DNA of 64,000 nt, from contig JAKALS010000004.1 of NCBI GenBank assembly GCA_021813145.1, forward strand, positions 8,594 to 72,593, in the 5' to 3' direction. The translations under genes were made by a program, and so were the position numbers. The notes beneath the pieces are model-generated. The model was given only the letters and a program-made list of their open reading frames with translations. It was not told the origin of the DNA and did not search any database. This stretch comes from a bacterium. GTDB lineage: Bacteria; Patescibacteriota; Microgenomatia; Levybacterales; UBA12049. Positions 1-10,912 of this stretch are shown in pieces; within the stretch, counting starts at the first letter, position 1, and every line of letters begins with the position of its first letter.

Positions 1-1259
1 ATATTCCAAACGTTTCCGAGGAAGATTTGGCAAACCTTGACGAAGACGGAATAGTGGTCGTAGGAAGCTCGGTCGGACCGGGAGACATAATTGTAGGGAA
101 AATTGCACCAAAAGGCGAAACGGAATTGACGGCAGAAGAAAGACTTTTGAGGGCAATATTCGGAGAACAGGCAAGAGAAGTGAGGGATACCTCGCTTAGA
201 ATGCCCCACGGAGAAAGAGGAACCGTTATAAGCGTGCAGATATTGGACAGGAAAAAAGGAGATGAGTTGGAGCCGGGAACAATTAGAAAAATTCTTGTCG
301 AAGTAGCGCAGTTCAGACACGTTGTAATAGGAGACAAACTTGCCGGAAGACACGGAAATAAAGGCGTAATCTCGAGGATTCTTCCCGAAGTAGACATGCC
401 TCATCTTGCGGACGGGACACCCGTAGACATTATAATTTCGCCTATTTCGGTGCTTGCACGTATGAATTTGGGACAGCTTTTGGAAGCCCATTTGGGCTGG
501 GCCGAGAGGGATCTAAAATCAAAAGTCGGAGTTCCTGTTTTTGAAGAGGTAGACGAAGAAAGAATTGTGGGAGAGCTCAAAAAAGCCGGCCTTCCCGTCA
601 ACGGAAAAGCGGTTCTTTACGACGGAAGAACAGGAGAGCCTTATGAGAATCCTGCAGTTGTAGGAATAGAATATGTAATGAAGCTTATTCACATGGTAGA
701 AGACAAGACCCATGCACGCTCGACGGGGCCATATTCTTTGGTAACCCAGCAGCCATTGGGAGGAAAAGCCCAAATGGGAGGACAGAGACTTGGAGAAATG
801 GAAGTCTGGGCATTGGAATCTCACAGAGCAAGGTATACATTGCAGGAAATGCTTACGATTAAGTCCGACGACGTTGTGGGAAGGGCAAAAGCATTTGAAG
901 CAATTGTTAAAGGAACAGATATTCCTACACCCAAAGTTCCGGAATCATTCAAGGTCCTTATAAAAGAGCTTCAGGCTTTGGGGTTGAATGTTGTGCCTAT
1001 GGGAGCTACAATATCGGATAAACCCTTGGATATTCCTACAAACGAAACTCCGGCGGAAGAAAATGCAGAGGAAAAAGTTGAAGATCAGGCCAAAGAACTT
1101 CAGGACGAGTTGGGTGGCGGAGAAGAAGGCGTAACTCCAGGCGAAGAAGGAATGGAGCTTTCGGGAGAAGAAACTCCCCAGGATGTACAGACTTCGGAAA
1201 CGGTAGGAGAAGCGTCGGAGGAAACTGCAGAAGAAAGCAAGGAGGAAATAAATGAATAA
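1..1259 (+). CDS. rpoB: DNA-directed RNA polymerase beta subunit, C-terminal part (5' end outside window), with ~70-aa acidic low-complexity tail
   Basis: Frame open from window edge; [19 protein letters not shown] and [30 protein letters not shown] motifs typical of RpoB C-terminus; followed by rpoC. Confidence 0.95.
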   Translation, partial: IPNVSEEDLANLDEDGIVVVGSSVGPGDIIVGKIAPKGETELTAEERLLRAIFGEQAREVRDTSLRMPHGERGTVISVQILDRKKGDELEPGTIRKILVEVAQFRHVVIGDKLAGRHGNKGVISRILPEVDMPHLADGTPVDIIISPISVLARMNLGQLLEAHLGWAERDLKSKVGVPVFEEVDEERIVGELKKAGLPVNGKAVLYDGRTGEPYENPAVVGIEYVMKLIHMVEDKTHARSTGPYSLVTQQPLGGKAQMGGQRLGEMEVWALESHRARYTLQEMLTIKSDDVVGRAKAFEAIVKGTDIPTPKVPESFKVLIKELQALGLNVVPMGATISDKPLDIPTNETPAEENAEEKVEDQAKELQDELGGGEEGVTPGEEGMELSGEETPQDVQTSETVGEASEETAEESKEEINE

Positions 1260-4200
1260 CGACAATTCTAAAAAAATGAAAGATTTAACAGTATTGGACT
1301 TTAAGGCTTTAAAGATTTTATTGGCCGGAAAAGAAGATATTCTTTCCTGGTCATACGGAGAGGTAACAAAACCGGAAACAATAAACTACAGAACTTTAAG
1401 GCCCGAAAAAGACGGACTTTTTGACGAAAGAATTTTCGGTCCCACAAAAGACTGGGAATGCTATTGCGGAAAATATAAGAGAATAAGAAACCGCGGGATA
1501 ATCTGCGATAAATGCGGAGTCGAGGTTACTTTATCGAGAGTGAGGAGAGAAAGAATGGGCCATATTACAATAGCAGCACCCGTTGCCCACGTGTGGTTCT
1601 TTAAGGGATCTTCTTCGCCCTTGTCTCTTATTCTGGATATGTCTCAGAAAAACCTTGAAAGCGTTATCTATTACGCTTCTTATCTTGTTGTAGGCATAGA
1701 CGAAGAAAAGAAAAAAGAAGCTCTTGCCACTCTTAATAAAACAATAGAGGCTAGAAAAGTCGAACAGAAAAAAGAAATGGAAGAGGAAGAAAAGAAAATC
1801 GAAGCCGAAATGGCAGACAAGAAAAAAGACAGCAAAGACATAAAAGTAAAAGGTGAACAAAAGACATTAATAGCGGAAGAGTTAGAGCTTCAGAAGAGAC
1901 AAAAAATAGCAAGACTTAAAGAAAGATTCGATACCGAAAATAAGAAACTCGAGGAAATTTCCGAAGCGCTTTCAAGGCTTCTTAAAAGCCTTAAGGTCGG
2001 AAGCGTACTTTCCGAAGACGAATATTACAAGATTCTGGAATACGATATTCCTGTTTTCTTCACAATTAAAACCGGCGCGGAAGGATTAATGGAGCTTGTA
2101 AACAAAATCGACCTTGCAGCTTTAATCATGTCTTTGAGGGAAGAGGCCGAGAAATCAAAAGGACAGAAATACTTAAAGGTAATAAAAAGACTAAGACTCA
2201 TCGAGGATATGAGAAAAGCGGGAGTTTCTCCTTCCAACATGGTATTTACGGTACTTCCCGTTATCCCTCCGGATTTAAGGCCTATGGTACAGCTGGCCGG
2301 CGGAAGATTCGCAACCTCGGACCTTAACGATTTATACAGAAGAGTAATAAACAGGAATAACAGACTGAAACACTTAATAGGACTCGGAGCTCCCGAGATA
2401 ATTTTAAGAAACGAAAAGAGAATGCTTCAGGAATCGGTCGATTCTTTAATAGACGCGTCTCAGAGAAGCGGACAGTTTGTTGCTTCGCCTTTGAGGTCTT
2501 TGTCTGACATGCTAAGGGGAAAACAGGGAAGATTCAGACAAAACCTTTTGGGTAAAAGGGTAGATTATTCCGGACGTTCCGTAATCGTCGTCGGACCCCA
2601 GCTTAATATTTCCCAGTGCGGACTTCCGAAAGAAATGGCTTTGGAAATGTTTAAACCCTTCGTACTTAGGGAAGTAATACTCAGAGGTTTTGCTCCTAAC
2701 ATCAAATCCGCTAAAAGATTTATAGAAAAAAGACCTCCCGAAGTGTTCGATATCTTGGAGGAAATAACAATGAATCATCCTGTCCTTTTAAACCGCGCGC
2801 CTACGCTTCATAAACTTGGAATCCAGGCATTCTATCCGATATTGACAGAGGGTTCGGCAATCTCTTTGCATCCTTGCGTTTGCGCAGGATACAATGCGGA
2901 CTTTGACGGAGACCAGATGGCAGTACATATTCCGCTTTCTCAAAAAGCACAGCAGGAAGCGATAGACCTTATGATGCCAAAAAACAATCTATTAAAACCC
3001 GCGGACGGAAGTCCGATTACTCTTCCCAACAAAGAAATGGCCGTCGGAGTTTTCTATCTTACTTCAATGGACGAGGCATTAAGAAAAGAGGAGATTCCTA
3101 TGTTTTCGGGTTATCATGAAGCTCTTTTGGCAAATTCGTTTAAAAAGGTATCCTTAAGGGAACCTATCAGCGTAAAAGTGGACGGAAAACTCGTAGAAAC
3201 AACCCTTGGAAGACTTATGTTCAACGAAAGACTTCCAAAGGCGTTAGGTTTTATAAACGAACCTATAAAAGCTTCGGGAATTAAAAGACTGGTTACAAGA
3301 GCTATTTCTCTTGTAAGTTCGGAAGAAGTAGCAAACCTTATAGACAGTATAAAAGCATTAGGATTCTACGGTTCCACGATTTCGGGAATTTCGGTTTCGG
3401 TATTCGATAATACAATGGTTTCGGAGAAAGGAAAGTTGATAAAAGAAGCTGAAGAGAAAGTCTCAGGAGTTGAAAATGACTATCAGGAAGGGCTTATTAC
3501 AAATGATGAGAAAAAGAGGCTTTCGAATGAAATCTGGCTCGAGACTACGGATAAACTTGCAAATCTTACATGGAATAATTTAAGCAAGGAGAATGTAATA
3601 AGGGTAATCATAGATTCCGAAGGAGCAAGGGCAGGAAAAGAACAGCTAAAGCAGCTTTCCGCCATGAGAGGACTAATTCTGGATCCTTTGGGAAAAATTG
3701 TCGAGCTTCCGATTAAATCGAACTTCAGACAGGGACTTTCAATTTTTGAATACGTGGCTTCGGCAAGAGGTTCGAGAAAAGGTCTTACGGATTCGGCATT
3801 AAAGACCGCAAATGCAGGATATCTGACCAGAAGACTCGTCGACGTTTCGCACGACGTAATAATAAGAGATGAAGATTGCGGAACTACGGAAGGAATAGTG
3901 ATAAAGGCAAACGAGGCCGACAGGACAGCCGCTTTCGGGGACAGAATTTTGGGAAGGTTTGCCGCTACGCACATTGTTTCGAAGAAAAATAAGAAAGAAC
4001 TGGTAAAAGCGGGCGAAGAAATAACGGAGGATAAGGTAAAAGAAATTCTTGACAATGAAATAGACGAAGTAGTCGTAAGAAGCCCGATTACCTGCAAACT
4101 TGAATACGGAATTTGCGTAAAATGCTACGGCTGGGATTTCTCAAACAGAAGAAAAGTAGACCTCGGAGTTCCGGTCGGAGTAGTAGCCGCACAGTCCATC

Positions 4201-4971
4201 GGAGAGCCGGGAACACAGCTTACGATGAGGGTAAGACATTTCGGAGGAGTCGTAATGAGCGACGTTACTCAAGGTCTTCCGAGGGTAGAGGAACTCTTTG
4301 AAATGAGAACTCCCAAAAACCTTTCGCCTATAACCGATATTGCAGGAAAAGTAAGCATAGAAACAACAGAAGACGGATATATAGTAAGAGTAAAGAATTC
4401 GAGAGTCAAACCAAACGAAGAAAGAGAATATTTTGTTCCCTTGGCATCGACACTAACAGTTTCTGACGGAGACGAAGTCGGGGTCGGAACACAGCTTGCA
4501 CAAGGATATTTGGATCCGAAGGAAATACTTAAAGTAAAAGACCTTTTGGATGCACAAAGATACATCATAAACGAAGCACAGAAAGTTTATGAATCACAGG
4601 GAATAGTAATAAACGACAAGCATTTTGAAGTAATTCTTAGAAAAATGTCCGATAAGGTAATAATAGAAACAGTCGGAGACACGGCTCTTATTCCGGGAGA
4701 CTTCATAACAAAGACAAGATTCGACGAGATAAATGCAGAAGTGTTATCCCAGGGCGGAGAACCTGCAACGGCAAGACAGGTAATACTGGGAATTACAAAG
4801 TCATCTCTCTTCTCAGATTCATGGCTTTCGGCTTCCTCGTTCCAGGAGACCACTAAAGTTCTTACGGAAGCTGCTTTGGAAGGGGCGGAAGACAAGCTTG
4901 TCGGACTTAAGGAAAACGTAATAATCGGAAGACTCATTCCGGTTGATAGCAAGGAAGCAGTTGAAGTATAA
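1252..4971 (+). CDS. rpoC: DNA-directed RNA polymerase beta' subunit
   Basis: 1239 aa; Zn-finger [23 protein letters not shown], catalytic [12 protein letters not shown] motif, overlaps rpoB stop. Confidence 0.97.
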   Translation: MNNDNSKKMKDLTVLDFKALKILLAGKEDILSWSYGEVTKPETINYRTLRPEKDGLFDERIFGPTKDWECYCGKYKRIRNRGIICDKCGVEVTLSRVRRERMGHITIAAPVAHVWFFKGSSSPLSLILDMSQKNLESVIYYASYLVVGIDEEKKKEALATLNKTIEARKVEQKKEMEEEEKKIEAEMADKKKDSKDIKVKGEQKTLIAEELELQKRQKIARLKERFDTENKKLEEISEALSRLLKSLKVGSVLSEDEYYKILEYDIPVFFTIKTGAEGLMELVNKIDLAALIMSLREEAEKSKGQKYLKVIKRLRLIEDMRKAGVSPSNMVFTVLPVIPPDLRPMVQLAGGRFATSDLNDLYRRVINRNNRLKHLIGLGAPEIILRNEKRMLQESVDSLIDASQRSGQFVASPLRSLSDMLRGKQGRFRQNLLGKRVDYSGRSVIVVGPQLNISQCGLPKEMALEMFKPFVLREVILRGFAPNIKSAKRFIEKRPPEVFDILEEITMNHPVLLNRAPTLHKLGIQAFYPILTEGSAISLHPCVCAGYNADFDGDQMAVHIPLSQKAQQEAIDLMMPKNNLLKPADGSPITLPNKEMAVGVFYLTSMDEALRKEEIPMFSGYHEALLANSFKKVSLREPISVKVDGKLVETTLGRLMFNERLPKALGFINEPIKASGIKRLVTRAISLVSSEEVANLIDSIKALGFYGSTISGISVSVFDNTMVSEKGKLIKEAEEKVSGVENDYQEGLITNDEKKRLSNEIWLETTDKLANLTWNNLSKENVIRVIIDSEGARAGKEQLKQLSAMRGLILDPLGKIVELPIKSNFRQGLSIFEYVASARGSRKGLTDSALKTANAGYLTRRLVDVSHDVIIRDEDCGTTEGIVIKANEADRTAAFGDRILGRFAATHIVSKKNKKELVKAGEEITEDKVKEILDNEIDEVVVRSPITCKLEYGICVKCYGWDFSNRRKVDLGVPVGVVAAQSIGEPGTQLTMRVRHFGGVVMSDVTQGLPRVEELFEMRTPKNLSPITDIAGKVSIETTEDGYIVRVKNSRVKPNEEREYFVPLASTLTVSDGDEVGVGTQLAQGYLDPKEILKVKDLLDAQRYIINEAQKVYESQGIVINDKHFEVILRKMSDKVIIETVGDTALIPGDFITKTRFDEINAEVLSQGGEPATARQVILGITKSSLFSDSWLSASSFQETTKVLTEAALEGAEDKLVGLKENVIIGRLIPVDSKEAVEV

Positions 4972-5048
4972 TATCAACTCAGAATTCCGAATTTAGAATT
5001 CATAATTAAAATTCTAAACTCTGAAATATAAATTATAAATTTAATATA

Positions 5049-5528
5049 ATGCCTACATTATCACAGTTAGCTAAAAAAGGAAGAAACAGAAAAACAAAAA
5101 AGATAAGGTCAACAGGCCTTAGGCGTTTGTTTAATGCAAAAGACAGGGTATATACCGCTGTTCCGGCTCCCCAGAAAAGAGGAGTTGTGACCTTGGTTAA
5201 AACAATGACTCCCAAAAAACCTAATTCGGCTCTTCGAAAAGTCGCAAGAGTAAAGCTTTCAAACAAAACGGAGGTTACAGCATATATACAGGGAGTAGGA
5301 CATTCACTTTCAGAGCACGGAATAGTACTGGTAAGAGGCGGAAGGGTAAAGGACTTGCCCGGAGTTAAATACCACATAGTAAGAGGGAAATTTGATTTGC
5401 AGGGAGTCGAAGGAAGAAAAAGATCAAGAAGTAAATACGGAACAAAGAAAGGCGGAGGCGGGGGGCCTAAGGTAATTTCAGGCTCTGCTCCGTCGGCACC
5501 GGCACCGGCAGCAGCGCCAAGCGCGTAG
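5049..5528 (+). CDS. rpsL: 30S ribosomal protein S12 with ~30-aa Gly/Ala/Pro/Ser-rich C-terminal extension
   Basis: [12 protein letters not shown]... [10 protein letters not shown]... [15 protein letters not shown] motifs; 159 aa vs ~124 typical. Confidence 0.93.
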   Translation: MPTLSQLAKKGRNRKTKKIRSTGLRRLFNAKDRVYTAVPAPQKRGVVTLVKTMTPKKPNSALRKVARVKLSNKTEVTAYIQGVGHSLSEHGIVLVRGGRVKDLPGVKYHIVRGKFDLQGVEGRKRSRSKYGTKKGGGGGPKVISGSAPSAPAPAAAPSA

Positions 5529-5546
5529 ATTAATGATTATTGAAAA

Positions 5547-6020
5547 ATGAGACATAAGAAAGTACAAAAAAGAAAAATTGAAAGCGATAAAGTTTACAAC
5601 AGCCAGCTTGTCGCAAAGTTTATTAATAACATAATGAAAGATGGTAAAAAAAGCGCGGCGGAAGCAGCTTTTTACGGTGCTTTCAAAGTCCTCGAGGGTC
5701 AGAATAAGAATGCAATGGAAATATTCGAAAAGGCAATCTCAAATGTCGGACCTAGAACCGAGGTAAAAGCAAGAAGAGTCGGAGGAGCTTCCTATCAGGT
5801 TCCGCAGGAAGTAAGAGGAGAACGAAAAACATCTTTGGCAATAAGATGGATAATAGAAGCTGCAAGGGCAAGGTCGAATAAAGACTTCAGGACGTTTGCG
5901 GATAAGCTCGCGGCAGAATTTACGGATGCTTCAAACAACGAAGGTGCGGCAATAAAGAAAAGAGACACGGTCTTAAGAATGGCAGAAGCAAACAGGGCAT
6001 TTAGTCACTTTAGATTTTAA
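5547..6020 (+). CDS. rpsG: 30S ribosomal protein S7
   Basis: 157 aa, S7-like sequence, str-operon position between rpsL and fusA. Confidence 0.93.
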   Translation: MRHKKVQKRKIESDKVYNSQLVAKFINNIMKDGKKSAAEAAFYGAFKVLEGQNKNAMEIFEKAISNVGPRTEVKARRVGGASYQVPQEVRGERKTSLAIRWIIEAARARSNKDFRTFADKLAAEFTDASNNEGAAIKKRDTVLRMAEANRAFSHFRF

Positions 6021-6050
6021 ATTTACTTCAGATAGTATATAATTGAATAG

Positions 6051-6073
6051 CTTCCGAGGGCGGGAGTTTTTTT
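6051..6073 (+). terminator. Hairpin CUUCCG-aggg-CGGGAG followed by T7 between rpsG and fusA (attenuator/terminator-like), preceded by TATAAT-like box at 6038-6043
   Basis: Seen directly in sequence; stem has one G-U pair. Confidence 0.4.
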
Positions 6074-6092
6074 AAGGCTAAGGTTCAAAAAT

Positions 6093-8204
6093 ATGGCAGA
6101 ACAAACACAAGACAGGTTAAAAAGTTTAGATAAAGTAAGAAACATAGGGATTATTGCCCATATAGACGCCGGCAAGACAACAACTACAGAGCGTATTCTT
6201 TTTTATACCGGAAAAACCTACAAAATAGGAGATATTGACGAAGGAAACACTCAGATGGACTGGATGGAACAAGAAAGAGAAAGAGGAATTACAATCGTTT
6301 CCGCCGCAACTACGGCTTTTTGGAAAGATTACAGAATAAATATTATAGATACTCCCGGACATGTAGATTTTACCGCAGAAGTTGAAAGGTCGTTAAGGGT
6401 TTTAGACGGGGGAATAACTGTTTTGGACGCGGAAGAAGGAGTGCAATCGCAGTCAGAAACAGTCTGGAGACAGGCAGATAAATATAAAGTTCCTAGGCTT
6501 TGTTTTGTAAACAAAATGGATAAATTAGGAGCGGATTTTCTCGCAACTGTTAAATCCATAGAAGACAGACTCGGGGCAAATCCCCTTATAATGGTTCTTC
6601 CCATCGGTTCGGAATCTTCCTATAAAGGGATAGTTCATTTATTGGAAATGAAATCTTATATCTGGGGCTCGGACGAGTTGGGTGCAAAATTTGAGGTTTC
6701 GGATGAAATACCCGAAGACATGAAGGCCCAGGTGGAAGAATACAGGCATAAACTTATTGAAAAAATAGCGGAAACCGACGACGTTTTAATAGAAAAATAT
6801 TTAAACGGAGAAGAAATTTCAAACGACGAATTAAAAGCGGCTTTAAGGCGTGCGGTAATCGCTTATAAACTTGTCCCGATTTTTGCAGGATCATCTCTTA
6901 GAAACAAAGGTGTTCAGCCCCTTTTGGATGCGGTAGTAGATTATCTTCCTTCGCCTTTGGATGTGGGAGCAGTAACCGGAACAAATCCAAAGACAAACGG
7001 AGAAGAAAAAAGAGAGCCTAAAGAAGCAGATCCCATGGCAGGACTTGCTTTTAAAATACAGATAGACCCGCATGTTGGAAAACTCACATACTTTAGGGTC
7101 TATTCCGGAAAAATCCAGGCGGGTTCCTATATTTATAACTCCAATAAAAACAACACGGAAAGAGTCGGAAGGATTCTTTTGATGCATGCAAACCACAGGG
7201 AAGAAATAAAAGAAGCTTATGCGGGAGAGATTGTAGCTTTGGTCGGACTTAAGGATACAATAACAGGGGACACGCTTTGCGATGAAAATGCACCCATAAT
7301 TTTGGAGCAGATCTCTTTTCCCGAACCCGTTATTTCTTTGGCAATAGAACCAAAAACAAAAGCGGACCAGGAAAAACTGGGGTTTGCTCTTAAAAGGCTT
7401 TCCGAAGAAGATCCGACATTTTCTATAAAAACAAACCACGAAACAGGACAGACAATTATCTCGGGAATGGGAGAATTACAACTTGAGGTTATGGTAGACA
7501 GGATGAAAAGAGAATTCGGTGTTTTGGCAAATGTCGGAGCTCCCCAGGTAGCTTATAAGGAAACTGTTAAGGGAGAGGGAGAAGGAGAAGGAAAATACAT
7601 AAGACAGTCCGGAGGACATGGACAATACGGACACTGCTGGCTTAGGGTTAAACCCAAGGCAAGAGGTGAAGGATACGAGTTTGTCGATGCTATTAAAGGA
7701 GGAGCAATCCCCGCGGAGTTTGTTGTTTCTATACAAAAAGGAGTCAAGGAGACAATGGAAAACGGAATTCTTTTGGGATACCCGATGGTGGATATGGAAG
7801 TAACGGTTTATGACGGAAGTTTCCACGAAGTAGACTCTTCCGATATGGCATTTAAGATAGCAGCTTCCCAGGCCTTACAGGCAGCGGCCAAAAAAGCAGA
7901 ATTGTCGCTTTTGGAGCCTATTATGAAAGTTGAAGTTACGACTCCTTCGGAGTTTATGGGAGATGTAATAGGAGATTTGTCCGCAAAAAGGGCGCAGATT
8001 ATGGGAACGGAAGAAAGAGGGAAAGCAACTGTTATTTTGGCAATGGTTCCTTTGGCCGAGCTTTCCGGTTATGCAACAACTTTAAGGTCTATGTCGCAAG
8101 GCCGTGCATCTTATTATATGGAACCTTCACATTACGAAGAAGTTCCGCAAAATATAGTAGCCCAAATGCTTGCAAAATCCACATTTACGGGAAGAGTCGA
8201 ATAA
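6093..8204 (+). CDS. fusA: Elongation factor G
   Basis: 703 aa; G-domain [27 protein letters not shown] motifs. Confidence 0.97.
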   Translation: MAEQTQDRLKSLDKVRNIGIIAHIDAGKTTTTERILFYTGKTYKIGDIDEGNTQMDWMEQERERGITIVSAATTAFWKDYRINIIDTPGHVDFTAEVERSLRVLDGGITVLDAEEGVQSQSETVWRQADKYKVPRLCFVNKMDKLGADFLATVKSIEDRLGANPLIMVLPIGSESSYKGIVHLLEMKSYIWGSDELGAKFEVSDEIPEDMKAQVEEYRHKLIEKIAETDDVLIEKYLNGEEISNDELKAALRRAVIAYKLVPIFAGSSLRNKGVQPLLDAVVDYLPSPLDVGAVTGTNPKTNGEEKREPKEADPMAGLAFKIQIDPHVGKLTYFRVYSGKIQAGSYIYNSNKNNTERVGRILLMHANHREEIKEAYAGEIVALVGLKDTITGDTLCDENAPIILEQISFPEPVISLAIEPKTKADQEKLGFALKRLSEEDPTFSIKTNHETGQTIISGMGELQLEVMVDRMKREFGVLANVGAPQVAYKETVKGEGEGEGKYIRQSGGHGQYGHCWLRVKPKARGEGYEFVDAIKGGAIPAEFVVSIQKGVKETMENGILLGYPMVDMEVTVYDGSFHEVDSSDMAFKIAASQALQAAAKKAELSLLEPIMKVEVTTPSEFMGDVIGDLSAKRAQIMGTEERGKATVILAMVPLAELSGYATTLRSMSQGRASYYMEPSHYEEVPQNIVAQMLAKSTFTGRVE

Positions 8205-8678
8205 TCAGGCCGCGGAGGGATAATCTCTTTGAATTCTTCTTAATTGATTGTTAAAATTTTTTGTTATATCGTTTCTGCTTCTACTTCCGTCTAAAAGTAT
8301 TAATCTTTGGCTTGCAAGCCATTCTCTTACCGGGACATGGATTCCGGTTTTTGATAGTCTATTTCCAATTTGTTTTATAAACTCACTTACTCCTGTTTGA
8401 CTTGATTTAACCTGTACCCAAACGATGTCCCCTGTTACTAAATGAACGGTTAAATCTCTTCCTCTTATGTCCTCATCGCTGAATTGTTCGTTTCTTATTA
8501 CTTCTTCAACCGTGTCCTGTCCTTGAATAACTGCGGCGGCTCTCATTTCGGATTTTCTTCCCCTTTTTTGGTCTTCGTGATAGCGTTCGAGTTCTTTTAT
8601 TTGTGAAGAAGAGAGTAAGGAGGTATCCCGGTATCCGGGAAAAAAGTTTCCTGGGGCAATTTCTACTGCAATTGCCAT
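8205..8678 (-). CDS. Hypothetical protein (157 aa), convergent with fusA with zero spacing
   Basis: ORF only; Arg/Gln-rich, no motif recognised; first gene of accessory insertion between fusA and tuf. Confidence 0.45.
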   Translation of the reverse strand: MAIAVEIAPGNFFPGYRDTSLLSSSQIKELERYHEDQKRGRKSEMRAAAVIQGQDTVEEVIRNEQFSDEDIRGRDLTVHLVTGDIVWVQVKSSQTGVSEFIKQIGNRLSKTGIHVPVREWLASQRLILLDGSRSRNDITKNFNNQLRRIQRDYPSAA

Positions 8679-8730
8679 CTAATTCCATTTTTAATTATAG
8701 AAATTACTTTGTCAATACAGCAAAAACGGG

Positions 8731-8739
8731 TGATATAAT
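8731..8739 (+). promoter_or_regulatory. Extended -10 promoter TGATATAAT, 6 nt upstream of the ATG at 8746 (predicts leaderless mRNA)
   Basis: Sequence match to TGnTATAAT; possible -35 TTGTCA at 8709-8714 with 19-nt spacer. Confidence 0.5.
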
Positions 8740-8745
8740 TTAATC

Positions 8746-9345
8746 ATGATGAATGATGCTGTCAGACAAGGGTATAACAAAGTTGCCGATAAATATCTGG
8801 AAGAAAGAGATCAATTTAAAAACGATAAATACCTCAAGAAATTCAATTCTTTACTTTCTCCCGAGTCTTTAATTTTAGATATAGGGTGCGGAGCAGGAAA
8901 ACCGGTGGACAAGTTTTTCATACAGCACGGACATCGAATAATCGGAATAGATATTTCGGAAAAACAAGTGGAACTTGCCAGGCAAAATGTTCCTCAGGGT
9001 TTGTTTAAGGTTGAAGATATGTCAGCCCTTAAACCCGGGGAATATAAAGTAGATGCTGTTATTTCGTTTTATGCAATTTTTCATATCGACAGAGAAACTC
9101 ATTTCGAGTTATTCAAAAAGATTTATTCATTTCTACCGACAGGCGGGTTAATTATGGTTACAATGGGATCAAGTAGCTGGGAAGGAAGCGAAGAAGATTT
9201 TCATGGTGGTAAAATGACTTGGAGCCATTTTGGAAAAGAGAAAAATAGACAAATAGTTGAGGCACAGAGCTTTAAGGTTTTAACAGATGAAATTGATGAA
9301 AACGGAAATGAAAAACATCAAGTAATTATTGCCAAAAAAATATGA
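8746..9345 (+). CDS. Class I SAM-dependent methyltransferase
   Basis: LILDIGCGAGKPVD (motif I GxGxG), acidic residue after beta2 (IGIDISE), 199 aa. Confidence 0.8.
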   Translation: MMNDAVRQGYNKVADKYLEERDQFKNDKYLKKFNSLLSPESLILDIGCGAGKPVDKFFIQHGHRIIGIDISEKQVELARQNVPQGLFKVEDMSALKPGEYKVDAVISFYAIFHIDRETHFELFKKIYSFLPTGGLIMVTMGSSSWEGSEEDFHGGKMTWSHFGKEKNRQIVEAQSFKVLTDEIDENGNEKHQVIIAKKI

Positions 9346-9872
9346 CAAAGACTAAAACAGGAAAAGAAATAACAATAAGATATCCGAGAAAATCCGATGC
9401 AGAAGAAATGTGGAGGTATATTAACGAACTTTCAAAAGAAAAAACTTTTGTAAGGTTTCAGGGCGAAGAAGTTTCTTTTGAAGACGAATCTAAATATCTG
9501 GAAACGATGCTTAAAAGAATAGAAGAAAAAAAGTCGGTTACACTTATGGCATTTTTCGGAGAAGAAATAATAGGAATTACCGGTATTAACATGATGGAAA
9601 AGACGGAAAAACACATTGGGGTTTTCGGAATTTCGGTTGCAAAAGATTATAGAAATGACGGTGTGGGAAAAATTCTTATGGAAAAAGTAATAGAAGAAGC
9701 AAAGAAAAACATAGAGGAATTAAAGATTATAATACTTGAGGTCTATGCCAAAAACTCCATTGCAAAAAGGGTGTACGAAGGGTTCGGCTTTAAGCAGTAT
9801 GGTCTTTTGCCGGAAGGAATAATAAGAGACGAGGGTTTTGATGACGCCCTTTTTATGTACAAAAAAATATGA
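9342..9872 (+). CDS. GNAT family N-acetyltransferase (RimJ/RimL-size)
   Basis: IGVFGISVAKDYRNDGVGKILMEKVIEEAKK acetyl-CoA binding motif (R/Q-x-x-G-x-G/A); start overlaps upstream stop (ATGA). Confidence 0.8.
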   Translation: MTKTKTGKEITIRYPRKSDAEEMWRYINELSKEKTFVRFQGEEVSFEDESKYLETMLKRIEEKKSVTLMAFFGEEIIGITGINMMEKTEKHIGVFGISVAKDYRNDGVGKILMEKVIEEAKKNIEELKIIILEVYAKNSIAKRVYEGFGFKQYGLLPEGIIRDEGFDDALFMYKKI

Positions 9873-10288
9873 ACGATAAAAATGTAAAAGTTGGAGTGGG
9901 AGTGATGGTTTTAAAAGACGGAAAAGTACTTCTTGGAAAAAGAAAAGGTTCTCACGGAGAAGGAGAATACGCATTTCCCGGTGGACATATGGAATTCGGA
10001 GAATCTTTTGAGGATTGCGCAAAAAGGGAAACTTTTGAAGAAACAGGAATAAAAATAAAAAATGTCAGATTTATTCTTTTATCGAATATAAAAATCTGGG
10101 AAGGTAAACATTATATTCACATAGGTTTATTGGCAGATTGGGAAAGCGGGGAACCGGAAGTTAAGGAAATAAATAAAGCGGAGAATTGGGATTGGTACGA
10201 GCTGGATAAATTGCCAAGCCCTTTATTTCTTCCGGTTATCCAGGAAATAGAAGCATATAAGGAAGGTAAAAATTTTATAGACTCATGA
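9869..10288 (+). CDS. NUDIX hydrolase
   Basis: Nudix box GGHMEFGESFEDCAKRETFEETGI; ATGA overlap with GNAT. Confidence 0.85.
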   Translation: MNDKNVKVGVGVMVLKDGKVLLGKRKGSHGEGEYAFPGGHMEFGESFEDCAKRETFEETGIKIKNVRFILLSNIKIWEGKHYIHIGLLADWESGEPEVKEINKAENWDWYELDKLPSPLFLPVIQEIEAYKEGKNFIDS

Positions 10289-10911
10289 GTAATAATTTTT
10301 GCACCATTTATTTGGTAAGACACGGACTTTCGGGAGCAAATGTAGCAAGAACAGTCGGAGGAAATACGGGTCTTGTTGAGAAAGGAAAAGAGCAAGCCAT
10401 GGAGTTGGGAAAGAAATTAAAAGATATAGATTTTGCCGCGGTTTTTTCTTCCGATTTGTTAAGAGCTAGACAGACAGCAGAGCTAATTATTGAAGGAAGA
10501 AATTTGGAAGTTTCAACACACAAGGAATTAAGGGAAAGAAGTTTTGGAAGCATAGATAACAAAAACGATAAAGAATTCATTCACCTTTTTCAAGCTTTAA
10601 AAGATGTATCGGATGATGAGTATTGGAAGTGGAAAATAGTAGATGATATGGAAAGCGCACAGGAAGCTTTCGGAAGATTTTTTAATGCTTTAAAGAAAAT
10701 CTCAAAAAAATATTTAGGTAAAGAAATTTTGATAGTAAGTCATGGAACGGTAATGCGTTCTTTACTGGTTTATCTGGGTTATGGAAGTTTTAAAGAACTT
10801 CCTACAAATTCTCTACAAAACACGGGTTATATAAAATTAAAAAGTGATGGCGAAAATTTCATAATTGAAGATACATGGGGTGTTAATAAAATGAAAGGAT
10901 TATCATTGTAG
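10285..10911 (+). CDS. Histidine phosphatase (phosphoglycerate-mutase-like) family protein
   Basis: IYLVRHGLSGAN (RHG catalytic motif), ...ILIVSHGTVMRSL second His motif; ATGA overlap with upstream. Confidence 0.8.
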   Translation: MSNNFCTIYLVRHGLSGANVARTVGGNTGLVEKGKEQAMELGKKLKDIDFAAVFSSDLLRARQTAELIIEGRNLEVSTHKELRERSFGSIDNKNDKEFIHLFQALKDVSDDEYWKWKIVDDMESAQEAFGRFFNALKKISKKYLGKEILIVSHGTVMRSLLVYLGYGSFKELPTNSLQNTGYIKLKSDGENFIIEDTWGVNKMKGLSL

Positions 10912-10912
10912 G

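Noticed and set aside
3483-4097. 204-aa minus-strand ORF and the other antisense ORFs inside rpoC, fusA, tuf, recA, secA, the helicase gene and r-protein genes (e.g. 4587-4952, 6891-7439, 14799-15195, 37110-37562, 43457-44010, 45298-45822, 60620-60994)
   Set aside because: Antisense to strongly conserved genes, low-complexity Ser/Phe/Leu-rich translations, no start context; treated as shadow ORFs.
9870-9872. Alternative genetic code (UGA sense, code 25/4)
   Set aside because: TGA is used as a terminator in overlapping ATGA junctions (9345, 9872, 10288) and conserved proteins end correctly at TGA/TAA/TAG.
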